Virus record (IMG/VR): IMGVR_UViG_3300013372_001213
DNA: 56,307 bases
DNA from: an uncultured virus (IMG/VR IMGVR_UViG_3300013372_001213)
Taxonomy: Duplodnaviria; Heunggongvirae; Uroviricota; Caudoviricetes
Direction: 5' to 3' (one strand)
The notes under the pieces are model-generated. The model did no database searches, was not told the origin of the DNA, and was given only the letters and a program-made list of their open reading frames with translations. Position numbers and translations under genes: made by a program. Each line of letters starts with the position of its first letter. Position 1 is the first letter of the stretch. Shown here in pieces: positions 27,772-37,169 of this stretch.

Positions 27772-27930
27772 ATGGCTGATAAAAATTGGATACAAAAAGC
27801 AACAGCCTCTATTAAAAGAAGAGGAACTGAAGGCAAGTGTACACCGATTAGTAAACCAGGTTGCACAGGTAAGGCAAAAGCTTTGGCTTTAACATTTAAG
27901 AAAATTGCTAAATCTAATAAGAAAAAGTAA
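27772..27930 (+). CDS. 52-aa basic protein (MADKNWIQKA...ALALTFKK)
   Basis: Hand-translated; TAATG coupling to the next gene. Confidence 0.75.
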   Translation: MADKNWIQKATASIKRRGTEGKCTPISKPGCTGKAKALALTFKKIAKSNKKK

Positions 27931-28241
27931 TGATTGATAAGGGTAAACTTAAAAAAATAAAAAAGCAAAATGAGCTTAACAATGCTAAGATAAAAAGCAT
28001 GGGTAATGATAGTTCACAAATTTATAAATTTAAGATTGCCCAATTAAAAAATGAAAAAGCTGAAAGAAATAAGTATGGGTATGGTCTATATAGTACACAA
28101 AAAGAAATAGAAAATATCCAAGCTAAATTAGAAGCTTTTGAAAACAGAGTTAATGAACAAAGAAATAAAGAAGAGCTAGGTAAAAAATTTGTTATACAAA
28201 ATAATAAAAAAGGTGGTATAGTTAAAACTAAAAGAAAATGA
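27930..28241 (+). CDS. Small basic GG-motif protein
   Basis: Ends KKGGIVKTKRK. Confidence 0.8.
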   Translation: MIDKGKLKKIKKQNELNNAKIKSMGNDSSQIYKFKIAQLKNEKAERNKYGYGLYSTQKEIENIQAKLEAFENRVNEQRNKEELGKKFVIQNNKKGGIVKTKRK

Positions 28242-28531
28242 AAAAAGTTAAGTTATCTACTAATGGAGAAAAACATGTAGTATATAAAAAGACTACTAAA
28301 AGAGGTGAAGGAAAAGTTGGTGATATCATGGTTAATCACACAAATAAGAATAAAGGGTCTTATGATACTATTAGTTTAACCAGAACAGCTAAAGCTAAAA
28401 CAGTTGCTCAAGGAGTTGCTGCTGAAAAGAAATGGCATAAACAAAATCCTATGATACCTAAAGGTTCTCATAAAATGCCTAATGGTAAAATTATGAAAGA
28501 TAGTGCTCATAAAAAAACTAAAAAAAAGTAA
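28238..28531 (+). CDS. Small basic protein
   Basis: PKGSHKMPNGKIMKDSAH motif; translational coupling on both sides. Confidence 0.8.
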   Translation: MKKVKLSTNGEKHVVYKKTTKRGEGKVGDIMVNHTNKNKGSYDTISLTRTAKAKTVAQGVAAEKKWHKQNPMIPKGSHKMPNGKIMKDSAHKKTKKK

Positions 28532-28680
28532 TGGCTAAACAGATGTTAAAAAGAAAAGATGGTAGTGTTTCTCAAAGAGGTCTTTGGGATAATGTTAGAG
28601 CTGCTAAAGGCTCTGGTAAAAAACCTACTACTGAAATGCTTAAACAAGAAAAAAAGATTAAAGCTAAAACTAAGAAATAA
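28531..28680 (+). CDS. 49-aa basic protein (MAKQMLKRKDGSVSQRGLWDNVR...)
   Basis: Hand-translated; TAATG coupling on both sides. Confidence 0.75.
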   Translation: MAKQMLKRKDGSVSQRGLWDNVRAAKGSGKKPTTEMLKQEKKIKAKTKK

Positions 28681-29030
28681 TGAAAACTTTAAAAAAAGCA
28701 AAAGCAGGTGGTCCTAATGTAACAAAAAATGATGATAAAAAAAAATATCAAGAACAATATAATCATCTTAAAGAAGCAAGAAATGCTATTGGAAAAAATG
28801 ATAAAAAAAAGTTATCAGAATTAGGATTAAATAAATCTTATAATTCTAATGATTTAGCTAAAGATTATTCAAAAGCACAAGCTCTTAGAAAAAAAGCAGG
28901 ATTAGGACTTAGTGAAGAAATTAAACTTTCATTTCCACAAGTTGGTCAACAAATAAGAGGTGCTGTTAATAGAATAGCTGGTACAAATCTTAAAAAAGGT
29001 GGATCTGTAAAATCTAAAAAGAAAAAATAA
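28680..29030 (+). CDS. Small basic GG-motif protein
   Basis: KKAKAGG at start, KKGGSVKSKKKK at end. Confidence 0.8.
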   Translation: MKTLKKAKAGGPNVTKNDDKKKYQEQYNHLKEARNAIGKNDKKKLSELGLNKSYNSNDLAKDYSKAQALRKKAGLGLSEEIKLSFPQVGQQIRGAVNRIAGTNLKKGGSVKSKKKK

Positions 29031-29305
29031 TGGCAAAGACTGCTGCATGGACCAGAAAAGAGGGTAAGAATCCTTCTGGTGGTTTAAATAAAAAAGGTGT
29101 TGCTTCTTACAGAGCAGCAAATCCTGGTAGTAAGTTACAAACAGCTGTTACTACCAAACCTTCTAAACTTAATCCTGAAAGTAAAGATGCTAAAAGGAGA
29201 AAGTCTTTTTGTGCAAGATCTGCAGGACAAATGGCTAATTTTCCAAAAGCTGCAAAAGATCCAAATAGTAGATTAAGATTAGCAAGAAAAAAATGGAATT
29301 GTTAA
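29030..29305 (+). CDS. Small basic phage protein (DUF6321-like)
   Basis: AW.RKEGKNP.GGLN.KG, RRKSFCAR and SR...ARKKWNC motifs. Confidence 0.75.
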   Translation: MAKTAAWTRKEGKNPSGGLNKKGVASYRAANPGSKLQTAVTTKPSKLNPESKDAKRRKSFCARSAGQMANFPKAAKDPNSRLRLARKKWNC

Positions 29306-29724
29306 TTAAAAAATGTAGTAAGTGTAAAATAGAAAAACCTTTAGATAGTATTTATTTTAGACTTAATAAATATAAAAAATCAGGTTTAGATAGTTGGTGT
29401 AGAGATTGTGCTAATAACTACAGAAACAATAGAAGAAAAACAGTACCTCCTAAAGAGTGGGGTATAACAGGTATAGAAGTTGAAAGATTTATAGATGCAA
29501 AACAAGAAGAAGAATGTGTTATATGTGGTGAATTGGCAGAAGTAGTAGACCATGATCATGTAACAGGAAGAATAAGAGGTGCTTTATGTCATAGATGTAA
29601 TATGGGATTAGGACATTTTAGAGATAATCCTTTGTTACTTCAACAAGCTTCACTATATTTACAAGGGCAATGTTCTTGTGGAGAATGTGAAATAAAGTGG
29701 GGAGGAGAAATTAATATAAATTAA
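29293..29724 (+). CDS. Endonuclease VII-family HNH nuclease
   Basis: CVICG, VDHDHVTGRIRGALCHRCNMGLG; N-terminal CxxC zinc finger. Confidence 0.88.
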   Translation: MELLIKKCSKCKIEKPLDSIYFRLNKYKKSGLDSWCRDCANNYRNNRRKTVPPKEWGITGIEVERFIDAKQEEECVICGELAEVVDHDHVTGRIRGALCHRCNMGLGHFRDNPLLLQQASLYLQGQCSCGECEIKWGGEININ

Positions 29725-29729
29725 AAAAT

Positions 29730-30098
29730 ATGAAAAAAACAACTAACTCAAACCCATTAAAGTATTTTAATGATGCTGCAGCTGCCAGAGCAAAATCTGT
29801 TATTGCAGGTAATAATAAATTAATGAAAGCTCAAGATGGTATTGTACAAGGACCTTTTCAAAAATCTACTACAGATAGATTAGATAAAAAATATCCTGGA
29901 ACAGCTTTTACTCCTCCTAAAGGGCCTTATTCTGCAACAGTTTTGCAAAATATGAAAGAAAATGTAGCTAGACCTAGATCTTATGGTTGGAGTAATCCAG
30001 CAGATCTAGAAAAAAGAGATAGAGAAAATGAAGAAACTGATATTAGAGAAGAAGGTAGATTTAAAAAAGGTGGAGCAGTAAAATCTAAAAAGAAATAA
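29730..30098 (+). CDS. Small GG-motif protein
   Basis: KLMKAQDG and FKKGGAVKSKKK. Confidence 0.8.
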   Translation: MKKTTNSNPLKYFNDAAAARAKSVIAGNNKLMKAQDGIVQGPFQKSTTDRLDKKYPGTAFTPPKGPYSATVLQNMKENVARPRSYGWSNPADLEKRDRENEETDIREEGRFKKGGAVKSKKK

Positions 30099-30099
30099 T

Positions 30100-30273
30100 A
30101 TGGCAACATTAAAAAAAGGTGCAGTAAAAAGTAAAAACATTGATGCTAAAAATAATGAGATTATTAAGATCATCAATGATAGAAATGATAAAAACAAAAA
30201 ATATAGAGTAGAGGTAGAACAAGAGTTCAATCCTCCTATGTCTAAAAAAGCTATGCAAAAAATTAAACCATAA
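30100..30273 (+). CDS. 57-aa basic protein (MATLKKGAVKSK...)
   Basis: Hand-translated; TAATG coupling to 30273. Confidence 0.65.
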   Translation: MATLKKGAVKSKNIDAKNNEIIKIINDRNDKNKKYRVEVEQEFNPPMSKKAMQKIKP

Positions 30274-30977
30274 TGTTAAATTCAGCTATTCTCATAAAGG
30301 TAAAAAACCGCTTAAATAAGCTGGCCAGTAACGATTATGATAACATAGAATCATGGCAGATTACTGAAGCTTTTAATAAAGCTCAGGTAGATTGGTGCAG
30401 AAGAAACCTTCATGGTGTAAATACCAAACAAGAAGGAGATGAGCAGTCTACCCGGAGAATAGATGATTTGCAGGTATTGCTTAGTAATGTTCTTTTAAAC
30501 ATGAATAACAAGCAAACCTATTATGAAAGTGTAAACTTTCCTACTAACTACTTACAGTGGAAAAGAATTTCTACAAAAGCTAAGAGTGATTGTTGTCCTG
30601 ACCCTAAACCTATGGTTGTGTATTTAGGAGAGGTTGCCAATGTAGATGAGTTGCTTAGAGATAAGAATAAAAAGCCTAGCTTTGAGTGGGCTGAAACTTT
30701 TGCTACTATATCTAATAACCAGATTCAAGTTTATACTAACCAAGAATTTGATATAGTACAAACTACATTATACTTTTATAGACAACCAAGACATATTGAA
30801 ATAGCAGGTATAGTAGATCCTTATACAGGACTAACTCCCTCAGTAGATGTAAACTCAGAATTTAAAGATGACTTAGTAGAGCTCTTTATTGATGAAGCTG
30901 TTAAAATAATAGCAGGAGATATTGAATCAATGACTCAGTATCAAAGAATGACCCAATCTGTAGAGAATAACAACTAG
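30273..30977 (+). CDS. Putative head-tail ring/adaptor protein
   Basis: I...FNKAQ, RRIDDLQ.L, YRQP and DEAV motifs; position as in crAss-like phages. Confidence 0.75.
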   Translation: MLNSAILIKVKNRLNKLASNDYDNIESWQITEAFNKAQVDWCRRNLHGVNTKQEGDEQSTRRIDDLQVLLSNVLLNMNNKQTYYESVNFPTNYLQWKRISTKAKSDCCPDPKPMVVYLGEVANVDELLRDKNKKPSFEWAETFATISNNQIQVYTNQEFDIVQTTLYFYRQPRHIEIAGIVDPYTGLTPSVDVNSEFKDDLVELFIDEAVKIIAGDIESMTQYQRMTQSVENNN

Positions 30978-30984
30978 AAAGATA

Positions 30985-31431
30985 ATGGAAAAGAGATTTT
31001 TAAAAAGAGATGGTAGTTCAGCTGCTAACTATAGTGCTCCAACAACAGGATCAGTAGATTCCATGACAGCTGCATGTGTATCAGAATTAATGAATGCTGC
31101 AACTGCCATCCACAAATTACACCTAAAAGTAACAGGTGTAGGATCTCATGCTGCTCATACAGCATTAAAAGAGATTTATGATGCTCTACCTGATCATGCT
31201 GATGACTTAGCTGAAGGATTCCAAGGAGCTTGTGAAAAGCTTTTAACATATAAAGAAGTAGCCCCAAAAACTTTAAATACAGTAGCTGAAGCTATTGATT
31301 ATTTAAGAGAGATGTCTGAGATGGTAACAGGATTACAAGAAAAAATGCCTTACTCAGAAATAGTAAATGACTTAGATATGATTAAGTCAACAATTAACTC
31401 AGGTAAATATAAATTAATTTTCTTAAAATAA
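30985..31431 (+). CDS. Dps/ferritin-like four-helix protein
   Basis: HKLHLKVTG...HTAL..IYD....ADDLAE ferroxidase-type pattern; ends YKL.FL. Confidence 0.8.
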   Translation: MEKRFLKRDGSSAANYSAPTTGSVDSMTAACVSELMNAATAIHKLHLKVTGVGSHAAHTALKEIYDALPDHADDLAEGFQGACEKLLTYKEVAPKTLNTVAEAIDYLREMSEMVTGLQEKMPYSEIVNDLDMIKSTINSGKYKLIFLK

Positions 31432-31432
31432 A

Positions 31433-31466
31433 TTTGGAAAATTAAATATAATTACATATATTAGTA
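31433..31466 (+). promoter_or_regulatory. Bacteroidota-like promoter variant
   Basis: TTTG(31433)-N20-TATATTAGTA(31457). Confidence 0.6.
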
Positions 31467-31505
31467 CTATATTTTTATTTATAAACTCAAAAAACAAAAA
31501 ACAAA

Positions 31506-32915
31506 ATGGCTTATTTTAATCATGCCTTCTCCAAGATGTTCTTGGGAACAGGTGCAACCAGAGCAGTATCTCCAGTAACAGTTGGAGGATTTATTACCAC
31601 ACCAGGTATCCCAACAGGTTCAATTGACAACACTACTAATGTTCCAGTAGGAACTATAGCAGCTTCATTGTCTAACTTACCTGTAGGTTACTTTGGATTC
31701 TTTGACAAAGAATACAATTCAATTAATAATGATACTGTCACAAATCCTGCTTACAAATGTTGTCCAGTTTATGTAGCTAGTTCTTCAATGCTAACTAATG
31801 ACAAAATTGGATCTTTTCATGGTGGGTACAAAGAGACTAACAAGTCTAAATTAATCAACCCTAAGTATGTACAAGCTGCTTATTCAGTAGATTCATGTAC
31901 TCCTAAACAAGCAATTGTTTCTGTAGGAGCAACACCTCAAACTTATGGAGTAAATGCTGACACAGTTCCTGAAGGTTTCCAAGGTGGGACTACTGATGCA
32001 ACTTGTTGCTATGAGTTCTTATGTGGTGAGACTTACTACTTAAGAATTGATGTTAAAGGTTCTCCAGCATTAAGAACATTAAATCACAATGCTTACCAAA
32101 CATTATCTGCTTATACAGGATGTTGTTCTGACCAAATTGCTCCAATTGTTCCAACTTTAGTAGATTCAACAATTGTAATGATTGAGTGGGCTAAGGCTTT
32201 AATTATCAATAACTACTTAAAACCATTTGTGTTACCAGTAGTATTTGATGAAACAGGTGTTGCTTGGTATGCTCCAGGAACTACTGTAGATCCTATTGAT
32301 CCTTTATTACCTGTAACTTCAGCTCAATGGTGGGATGCTTATCCAGTTACAGCTCATATTCCAGGTGCATGTGCAGGTTTAAGATTATTTGGTGCTTATG
32401 TAGGAACAGTATTTGGAGATTGTACTTTCCAATTAACTGACTTCTTTGAAAGAGAGCCAGTTAAAATCTATGCTTCATTAGTTGATTACAATGGAGATCC
32501 TTGTGTATTTGAAGGAATCTGTGTATATAATGACTGTTTAGGTTTACAAGGAATGGGCTTTGGAGATACAGTTTTAAAAGATTTTGTTAGAGCTCAATCT
32601 TATTTACAAAACTTCTTCCACTCAGACTTCAGGATTCGTGAGATTACTCAAGGGTATGACATGAGTACTGCTATTCCAAGAGATGTATTATATAAGAGAT
32701 ACTATATCTTACACAGTGTACCTAGATTTAACAATCCAAGTGGTACATTTGATAATGATAGATACATGATAGAGATTATCACTCCAGCTGCAGGTAATGC
32801 AACTTTAGATACTTTCTTAACAAATTGGTTAGGTGCATGTGTAGGATGTGTTGATTTTGTAGAAAATCCATGCCCAGAGTGTACACCAGTACCTAATATA
32901 GAAGTTGTACCATAA
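31506..32915 (+). CDS. Putative abundant structural protein (auxiliary capsid-like)
   Basis: Own promoter and terminator; AAAAACAAAAACAAAAATGGC-type leader like the capsid gene; high-expression codon bias. Confidence 0.7.
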   Translation: MAYFNHAFSKMFLGTGATRAVSPVTVGGFITTPGIPTGSIDNTTNVPVGTIAASLSNLPVGYFGFFDKEYNSINNDTVTNPAYKCCPVYVASSSMLTNDKIGSFHGGYKETNKSKLINPKYVQAAYSVDSCTPKQAIVSVGATPQTYGVNADTVPEGFQGGTTDATCCYEFLCGETYYLRIDVKGSPALRTLNHNAYQTLSAYTGCCSDQIAPIVPTLVDSTIVMIEWAKALIINNYLKPFVLPVVFDETGVAWYAPGTTVDPIDPLLPVTSAQWWDAYPVTAHIPGACAGLRLFGAYVGTVFGDCTFQLTDFFEREPVKIYASLVDYNGDPCVFEGICVYNDCLGLQGMGFGDTVLKDFVRAQSYLQNFFHSDFRIREITQGYDMSTAIPRDVLYKRYYILHSVPRFNNPSGTFDNDRYMIEIITPAAGNATLDTFLTNWLGACVGCVDFVENPCPECTPVPNIEVVP

Positions 32916-32936
32916 TTAATTTCATTAACTTAGTAT

Positions 32937-32966
32937 AAAAAGGAGGGGGAAACTCCTCCTTTTTTT
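32937..32966 (+). terminator. Intrinsic terminator
   Basis: AAAAGGAGGGG-GAAA-CUCCUCCUUUUUUU; a TATATTTG -7 box follows at 32969. Confidence 0.85.
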
Positions 32967-32983
32967 CTTATATTTGTAACAAT

Positions 32984-33547
32984 ATGTCAAAACATGTATT
33001 AAGTCTGGAGATTCCAGATACAATGAATAAATGTATACTAAGAGTAGTTGATACTAGTGTATATGCTGAAGGCATAACAGTAACTTGCCCATTATTACAA
33101 ATAACATCTCCCGGTTATATTCACCCTGTAAACTTTTCTACTCCTGAGATAGAACCTGGGTTTACTCATAACTTTACAGCATGTGATCTAGAGTTACAAA
33201 ATTATAACTGTGGAACAGAATTTACAGATATACCAGATGGTATATATATTATAAAATACAGTGTAGAGCCAAAAGAATATGTGTATGTAGAGTATAACCA
33301 TTTAAGGACTACTTGTGCACAAGCAAAAATAAAAGCTATTTACTGTGACTTGCAATTAGGAGCATGTGATCCTCCATCAAGTATAAAAGATAAACTGAAT
33401 CAGATTAGATTGATTCAACAATATTTATATGCTGCTAAAGCATATGTAGAAGATTGTAGAGACCCAAAAAGAGGAATGGAATTGTATAAATATGCAGTAT
33501 CATTACTTGATAAAATGAGTTGCTCTACAGGATGCAAAACCTGTTAA
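32984..33547 (+). CDS. Putative tail hub/structural protein
   Basis: DTSVY, LQITSPG and IPDGIY.IKYSV.P motifs. Confidence 0.7.
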   Translation: MSKHVLSLEIPDTMNKCILRVVDTSVYAEGITVTCPLLQITSPGYIHPVNFSTPEIEPGFTHNFTACDLELQNYNCGTEFTDIPDGIYIIKYSVEPKEYVYVEYNHLRTTCAQAKIKAIYCDLQLGACDPPSSIKDKLNQIRLIQQYLYAAKAYVEDCRDPKRGMELYKYAVSLLDKMSCSTGCKTC

Positions 33548-33567
33548 ACCAATAAAACCAACATAAA

Positions 33568-33759
33568 ATGAGTGCTTGTCTAAACTGTGGAACTAAATTA
33601 TCATGTGGATGTCAAAAGAGAGTAGCATCAGATAAAAAATCTGTTTGTGGTACATGTCTATCTTCATATGAAACATCTCTTAAAAGTGGGATACCCTACA
33701 CACCAGTACAAAAAATAAACCCAACATCAAAAGTTTTTAGAAAACCAAATTCATTGTAA
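33568..33759 (+). CDS. Small Cys-rich protein
   Basis: CLNCGTKLSCGCQKR...CGTC. Confidence 0.75.
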   Translation: MSACLNCGTKLSCGCQKRVASDKKSVCGTCLSSYETSLKSGIPYTPVQKINPTSKVFRKPNSL

Positions 33760-33765
33760 CTTAAT

Positions 33766-35616
33766 ATGGCTAATACAATTCCAGTAAACACTACTTGTTA
33801 TATTTTAAGATCTTGCACTACTGGAAATACTATTGTATTAGTTACAAGTGTTTCAGGATCACCTTTATTAACTCCATATTATGTTTTAGGTCAACATATA
33901 CAAATAGATGGTTATGGTGATACTTGCTTTTCTATAGAGTTAAGTGAATCTGGATGTATTAATTGTGCTAACTCTATTCCTTTAGTTCCTATTAAAACAG
34001 CTCCTAATCCTGTATGTGAGTGTGATACATTAATAAGGTATTTTCTTTTAGAACCATGTATTGAATCACTTCCAAGTTTTTATACTCAACAAAATTTATA
34101 TCCTTATGAAGGAACTAGTATAACATTTTTTGGACAAGGTGGTAATTGTTATAATGTAAAAGGTGTTACTGGAGAACCTCTTCCTCCTCCTGAGTCAGGT
34201 ATAAATTTAATAACAGTAGATTGTCCTGAACCATGTAACTGTACAGATCAACCAGATGCATGGGAAATAACTTTTTGTGATGGTACAGGATTAGATCCTA
34301 TTATTACTAGTACTGATTTAGATCAGTATATAGGTGCAGTTTTTATTATAACTTATACTGATGGTGAAGATATTATATCTGGATGTGGTAGTGTAACTAA
34401 AATTTTAGGTCAAGTAGCTCCAGCATTTACAGGTACATTTTCTTCAGTGTTTTATGATTGCTGTGAAAAATGTACTCAAGTATGTTACTTATTAGAAGAT
34501 TGTCAAGGTGCTGTTGATCCTATCATTACATGTACAGATCTTTCTAACTATGTAAACCAAATTGTAAAACTTAGCAATTGTGGAGATATATGTTGGAAAG
34601 TATCATTATCTGAAACTTGTGATGAATCTATACTATTAGGTACTGTAATTGAAAACTTTATACCTGATGTTATTGAAGGTAAAGTTTGTATATATGAAAC
34701 AAATATAAGTCCTGAATTTGTAACCTTTGCTAGTTTACAAATAACTATAAATAATACTTTATATGTTATAGATTTTGTAAACTTTGGTCAGGTATTTACT
34801 GATTTAAATGGTCTTGGTTTAGGTAATTTTAGCTTATCAGGAAGTTATCTTTCTGTTGCAGGTAATGAAAATTATGGTTTAATGTGTCTTATAAGAACAG
34901 GTAAACCTAAATTATGCATTGAACCTGTTTGCTCTACTTATATAAAATACTGTACTTATAAACCAATTAGATTAACTGCTGCTCCTGATTATAAAATACC
35001 TTTTTTTACTTTTACTATAATTATAAATGGTATAACTTATACTGGAAATATTCCTTCTCAAAGTGTAAATGATTTTTTTACATACTTAAATTCTTTAAAT
35101 TTAGGAGTATTTGTAAGAGTATTTTCAGCTCCTACATCTCTTATAATTAAAGTATATGGTAATGAGAATTATGGAAACATTCAATTTGGTGGATTAATAT
35201 CAGATAATACTTGTGTTGAAAATGAAAATTTAGATTTTGCTCAAGCTTGTGCTGATTGTTTACCTCCATTACCACCTGAACCAGTATTAGATCTACATAT
35301 TAGAAGAATCAAACCAGGTTATTTTAGTCCTAACTCTTGTATTACTACAGAGTATATGGATAGAGTAAACTGTAATTTTGCTAAGCAAGTATATGATGCT
35401 ATGCTTATTAAAAGATATGGTATTACAGTTTGTTGTGATCATGATGTAGATACATGGGATGTTAGAAAACAAGTACTTGATTTTGAACTATTAACAGATC
35501 CTACTTTATGTCAATCTACTTTATGTCATTGTCCGGCTCCTTGTTTAATAGGAGCTTTTATAACTGTTAATCCAACTTGTATAAAACCTAATTTAATATC
35601 AGCAACCATAGACTAG
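33766..35616 (+). CDS. Cys-rich putative virion protein with internal repeats
   Basis: Repeated Y.L..C......I.T..DL..Y.G units. Confidence 0.75.
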   Translation: MANTIPVNTTCYILRSCTTGNTIVLVTSVSGSPLLTPYYVLGQHIQIDGYGDTCFSIELSESGCINCANSIPLVPIKTAPNPVCECDTLIRYFLLEPCIESLPSFYTQQNLYPYEGTSITFFGQGGNCYNVKGVTGEPLPPPESGINLITVDCPEPCNCTDQPDAWEITFCDGTGLDPIITSTDLDQYIGAVFIITYTDGEDIISGCGSVTKILGQVAPAFTGTFSSVFYDCCEKCTQVCYLLEDCQGAVDPIITCTDLSNYVNQIVKLSNCGDICWKVSLSETCDESILLGTVIENFIPDVIEGKVCIYETNISPEFVTFASLQITINNTLYVIDFVNFGQVFTDLNGLGLGNFSLSGSYLSVAGNENYGLMCLIRTGKPKLCIEPVCSTYIKYCTYKPIRLTAAPDYKIPFFTFTIIINGITYTGNIPSQSVNDFFTYLNSLNLGVFVRVFSAPTSLIIKVYGNENYGNIQFGGLISDNTCVENENLDFAQACADCLPPLPPEPVLDLHIRRIKPGYFSPNSCITTEYMDRVNCNFAKQVYDAMLIKRYGITVCCDHDVDTWDVRKQVLDFELLTDPTLCQSTLCHCPAPCLIGAFITVNPTCIKPNLISATID

Positions 35617-35676
35617 TACTATAAATAAACTTGTAAATAAGATAAAAAAATTGTATATTAATAATAAATTTGTAAC

Positions 35677-37158
35677 ATGAAACCATTAAACATAGATAAA
35701 TCAGGGTGTTCAAATACATCATCTAATTGTGTAGTTTGGCAAGGTCCAAACATTGAGTGTATTGATCTTTGTAAAGGTGACTCTATAACAGAAGTTGTAT
35801 ATAAACTAGCTGTAGAATTATGTGTTATAATGGATACATTTAATTTAGATAACTATGATCTAAAATGTTTTGCAGGTGGTGCTTGTAAACCTACAGATTT
35901 TAAAGAATTTATACAGTTAGTTATCAACAAGATATGTTATGTACAATCATGTTCTGGTTGTTTAAATAGCTGTGATCCTTGTGATACTACATCTCCTTCT
36001 ACCAATGTACCTGTTACAGGTGGTACTAAAGAAGTAATAGTACCAATAGCACCAGTATTTTATTATACTAATCCTCAGGGAGATCTTGTAACTACAATGA
36101 CAGTTCCTGAATATGCTGTAACTATTGGAAATAGAGTTAATAATATATCAACTACTATTACAGCTATTAATCTTACATTAGTTGATCATGGTATTAGAAT
36201 TACAGCATTAGAATTAGCTCCTCCTCCAGTATTTGTTTTACCAGATATCACACCTGTGTGTGTATCTCCAGCTGTTCCTACTGCAATAGATTTTGTATTA
36301 GCATCATTAGAACAACAGTTTTGTGAACTAAGAGTAGCTACAGGAACTCCTAACAACATATTTACAGCTTTAGGAAATCAACCAGCTGGTTTAGCAAGTG
36401 CACCAGCATTAGCAAATCCTTTAACTATAATGTCTGCATTACCAGGTTTTGTTAGTACTGTACAAAATGAAGCAAACTCTATATCTAATCTATGGGTTAC
36501 TATAGCTGATATGAGATTAGCTATACAAAACATTATAACTAATTACTTACCTAGTGACTGTTCAGGTATTGATTTAACAATCCTTGTTACATATACTGCA
36601 CCAAATGTTACTATTTATGTAAATGGTACTATACCTGTAACTTTTCTTAATACATTTCCTGCAGGTACATTGTTTACAATTGCAGATTCTTTTGGAGCAA
36701 GTACTCAATTTAATATTAATATATTAAGTATAATAAATACATTAGGTGGATTTGTATTTGATATTACACCAACACCTTTAAATGGTGCATCTAACTTATT
36801 TATTAGTGCATCTCCTAGCTTTACTAGTACTACAACAGGTTCTCAGTGTCAATCATTGTTAAACTTTACACTTCAAAATACAGCTAACTGTCCTGTTGTA
36901 ACTTATACAACACCAACTTCTACTGAAATAGACTTTACATTTACAACAGCTGCAATAGTTGATTTCTACAAAATAGAATGTTGGGAAGCTCTTACAAATA
37001 CATTATTATTTGTTAATACATATGTAGGTGGAACAGTAACCACTTATTCTGATACATTTACTGGATTAACAACTTTAACTACTTACAAGTTAAGAGCTAT
37101 AATTCAAATAAATTTAGTAAATACTTATTGTGACTTTACATTAGTAACAACACCTTAA
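35677..37158 (+). CDS. Cys-rich putative virion protein with C-terminal FN3-like domain
   Basis: SSNCVVWQG..IEC N-terminus; FTGLT..TTY.LR C-terminus. Confidence 0.75.
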   Translation: MKPLNIDKSGCSNTSSNCVVWQGPNIECIDLCKGDSITEVVYKLAVELCVIMDTFNLDNYDLKCFAGGACKPTDFKEFIQLVINKICYVQSCSGCLNSCDPCDTTSPSTNVPVTGGTKEVIVPIAPVFYYTNPQGDLVTTMTVPEYAVTIGNRVNNISTTITAINLTLVDHGIRITALELAPPPVFVLPDITPVCVSPAVPTAIDFVLASLEQQFCELRVATGTPNNIFTALGNQPAGLASAPALANPLTIMSALPGFVSTVQNEANSISNLWVTIADMRLAIQNIITNYLPSDCSGIDLTILVTYTAPNVTIYVNGTIPVTFLNTFPAGTLFTIADSFGASTQFNINILSIINTLGGFVFDITPTPLNGASNLFISASPSFTSTTTGSQCQSLLNFTLQNTANCPVVTYTTPTSTEIDFTFTTAAIVDFYKIECWEALTNTLLFVNTYVGGTVTTYSDTFTGLTTLTTYKLRAIIQINLVNTYCDFTLVTTP

Positions 37159-37169
37159 AATTAATTAAA

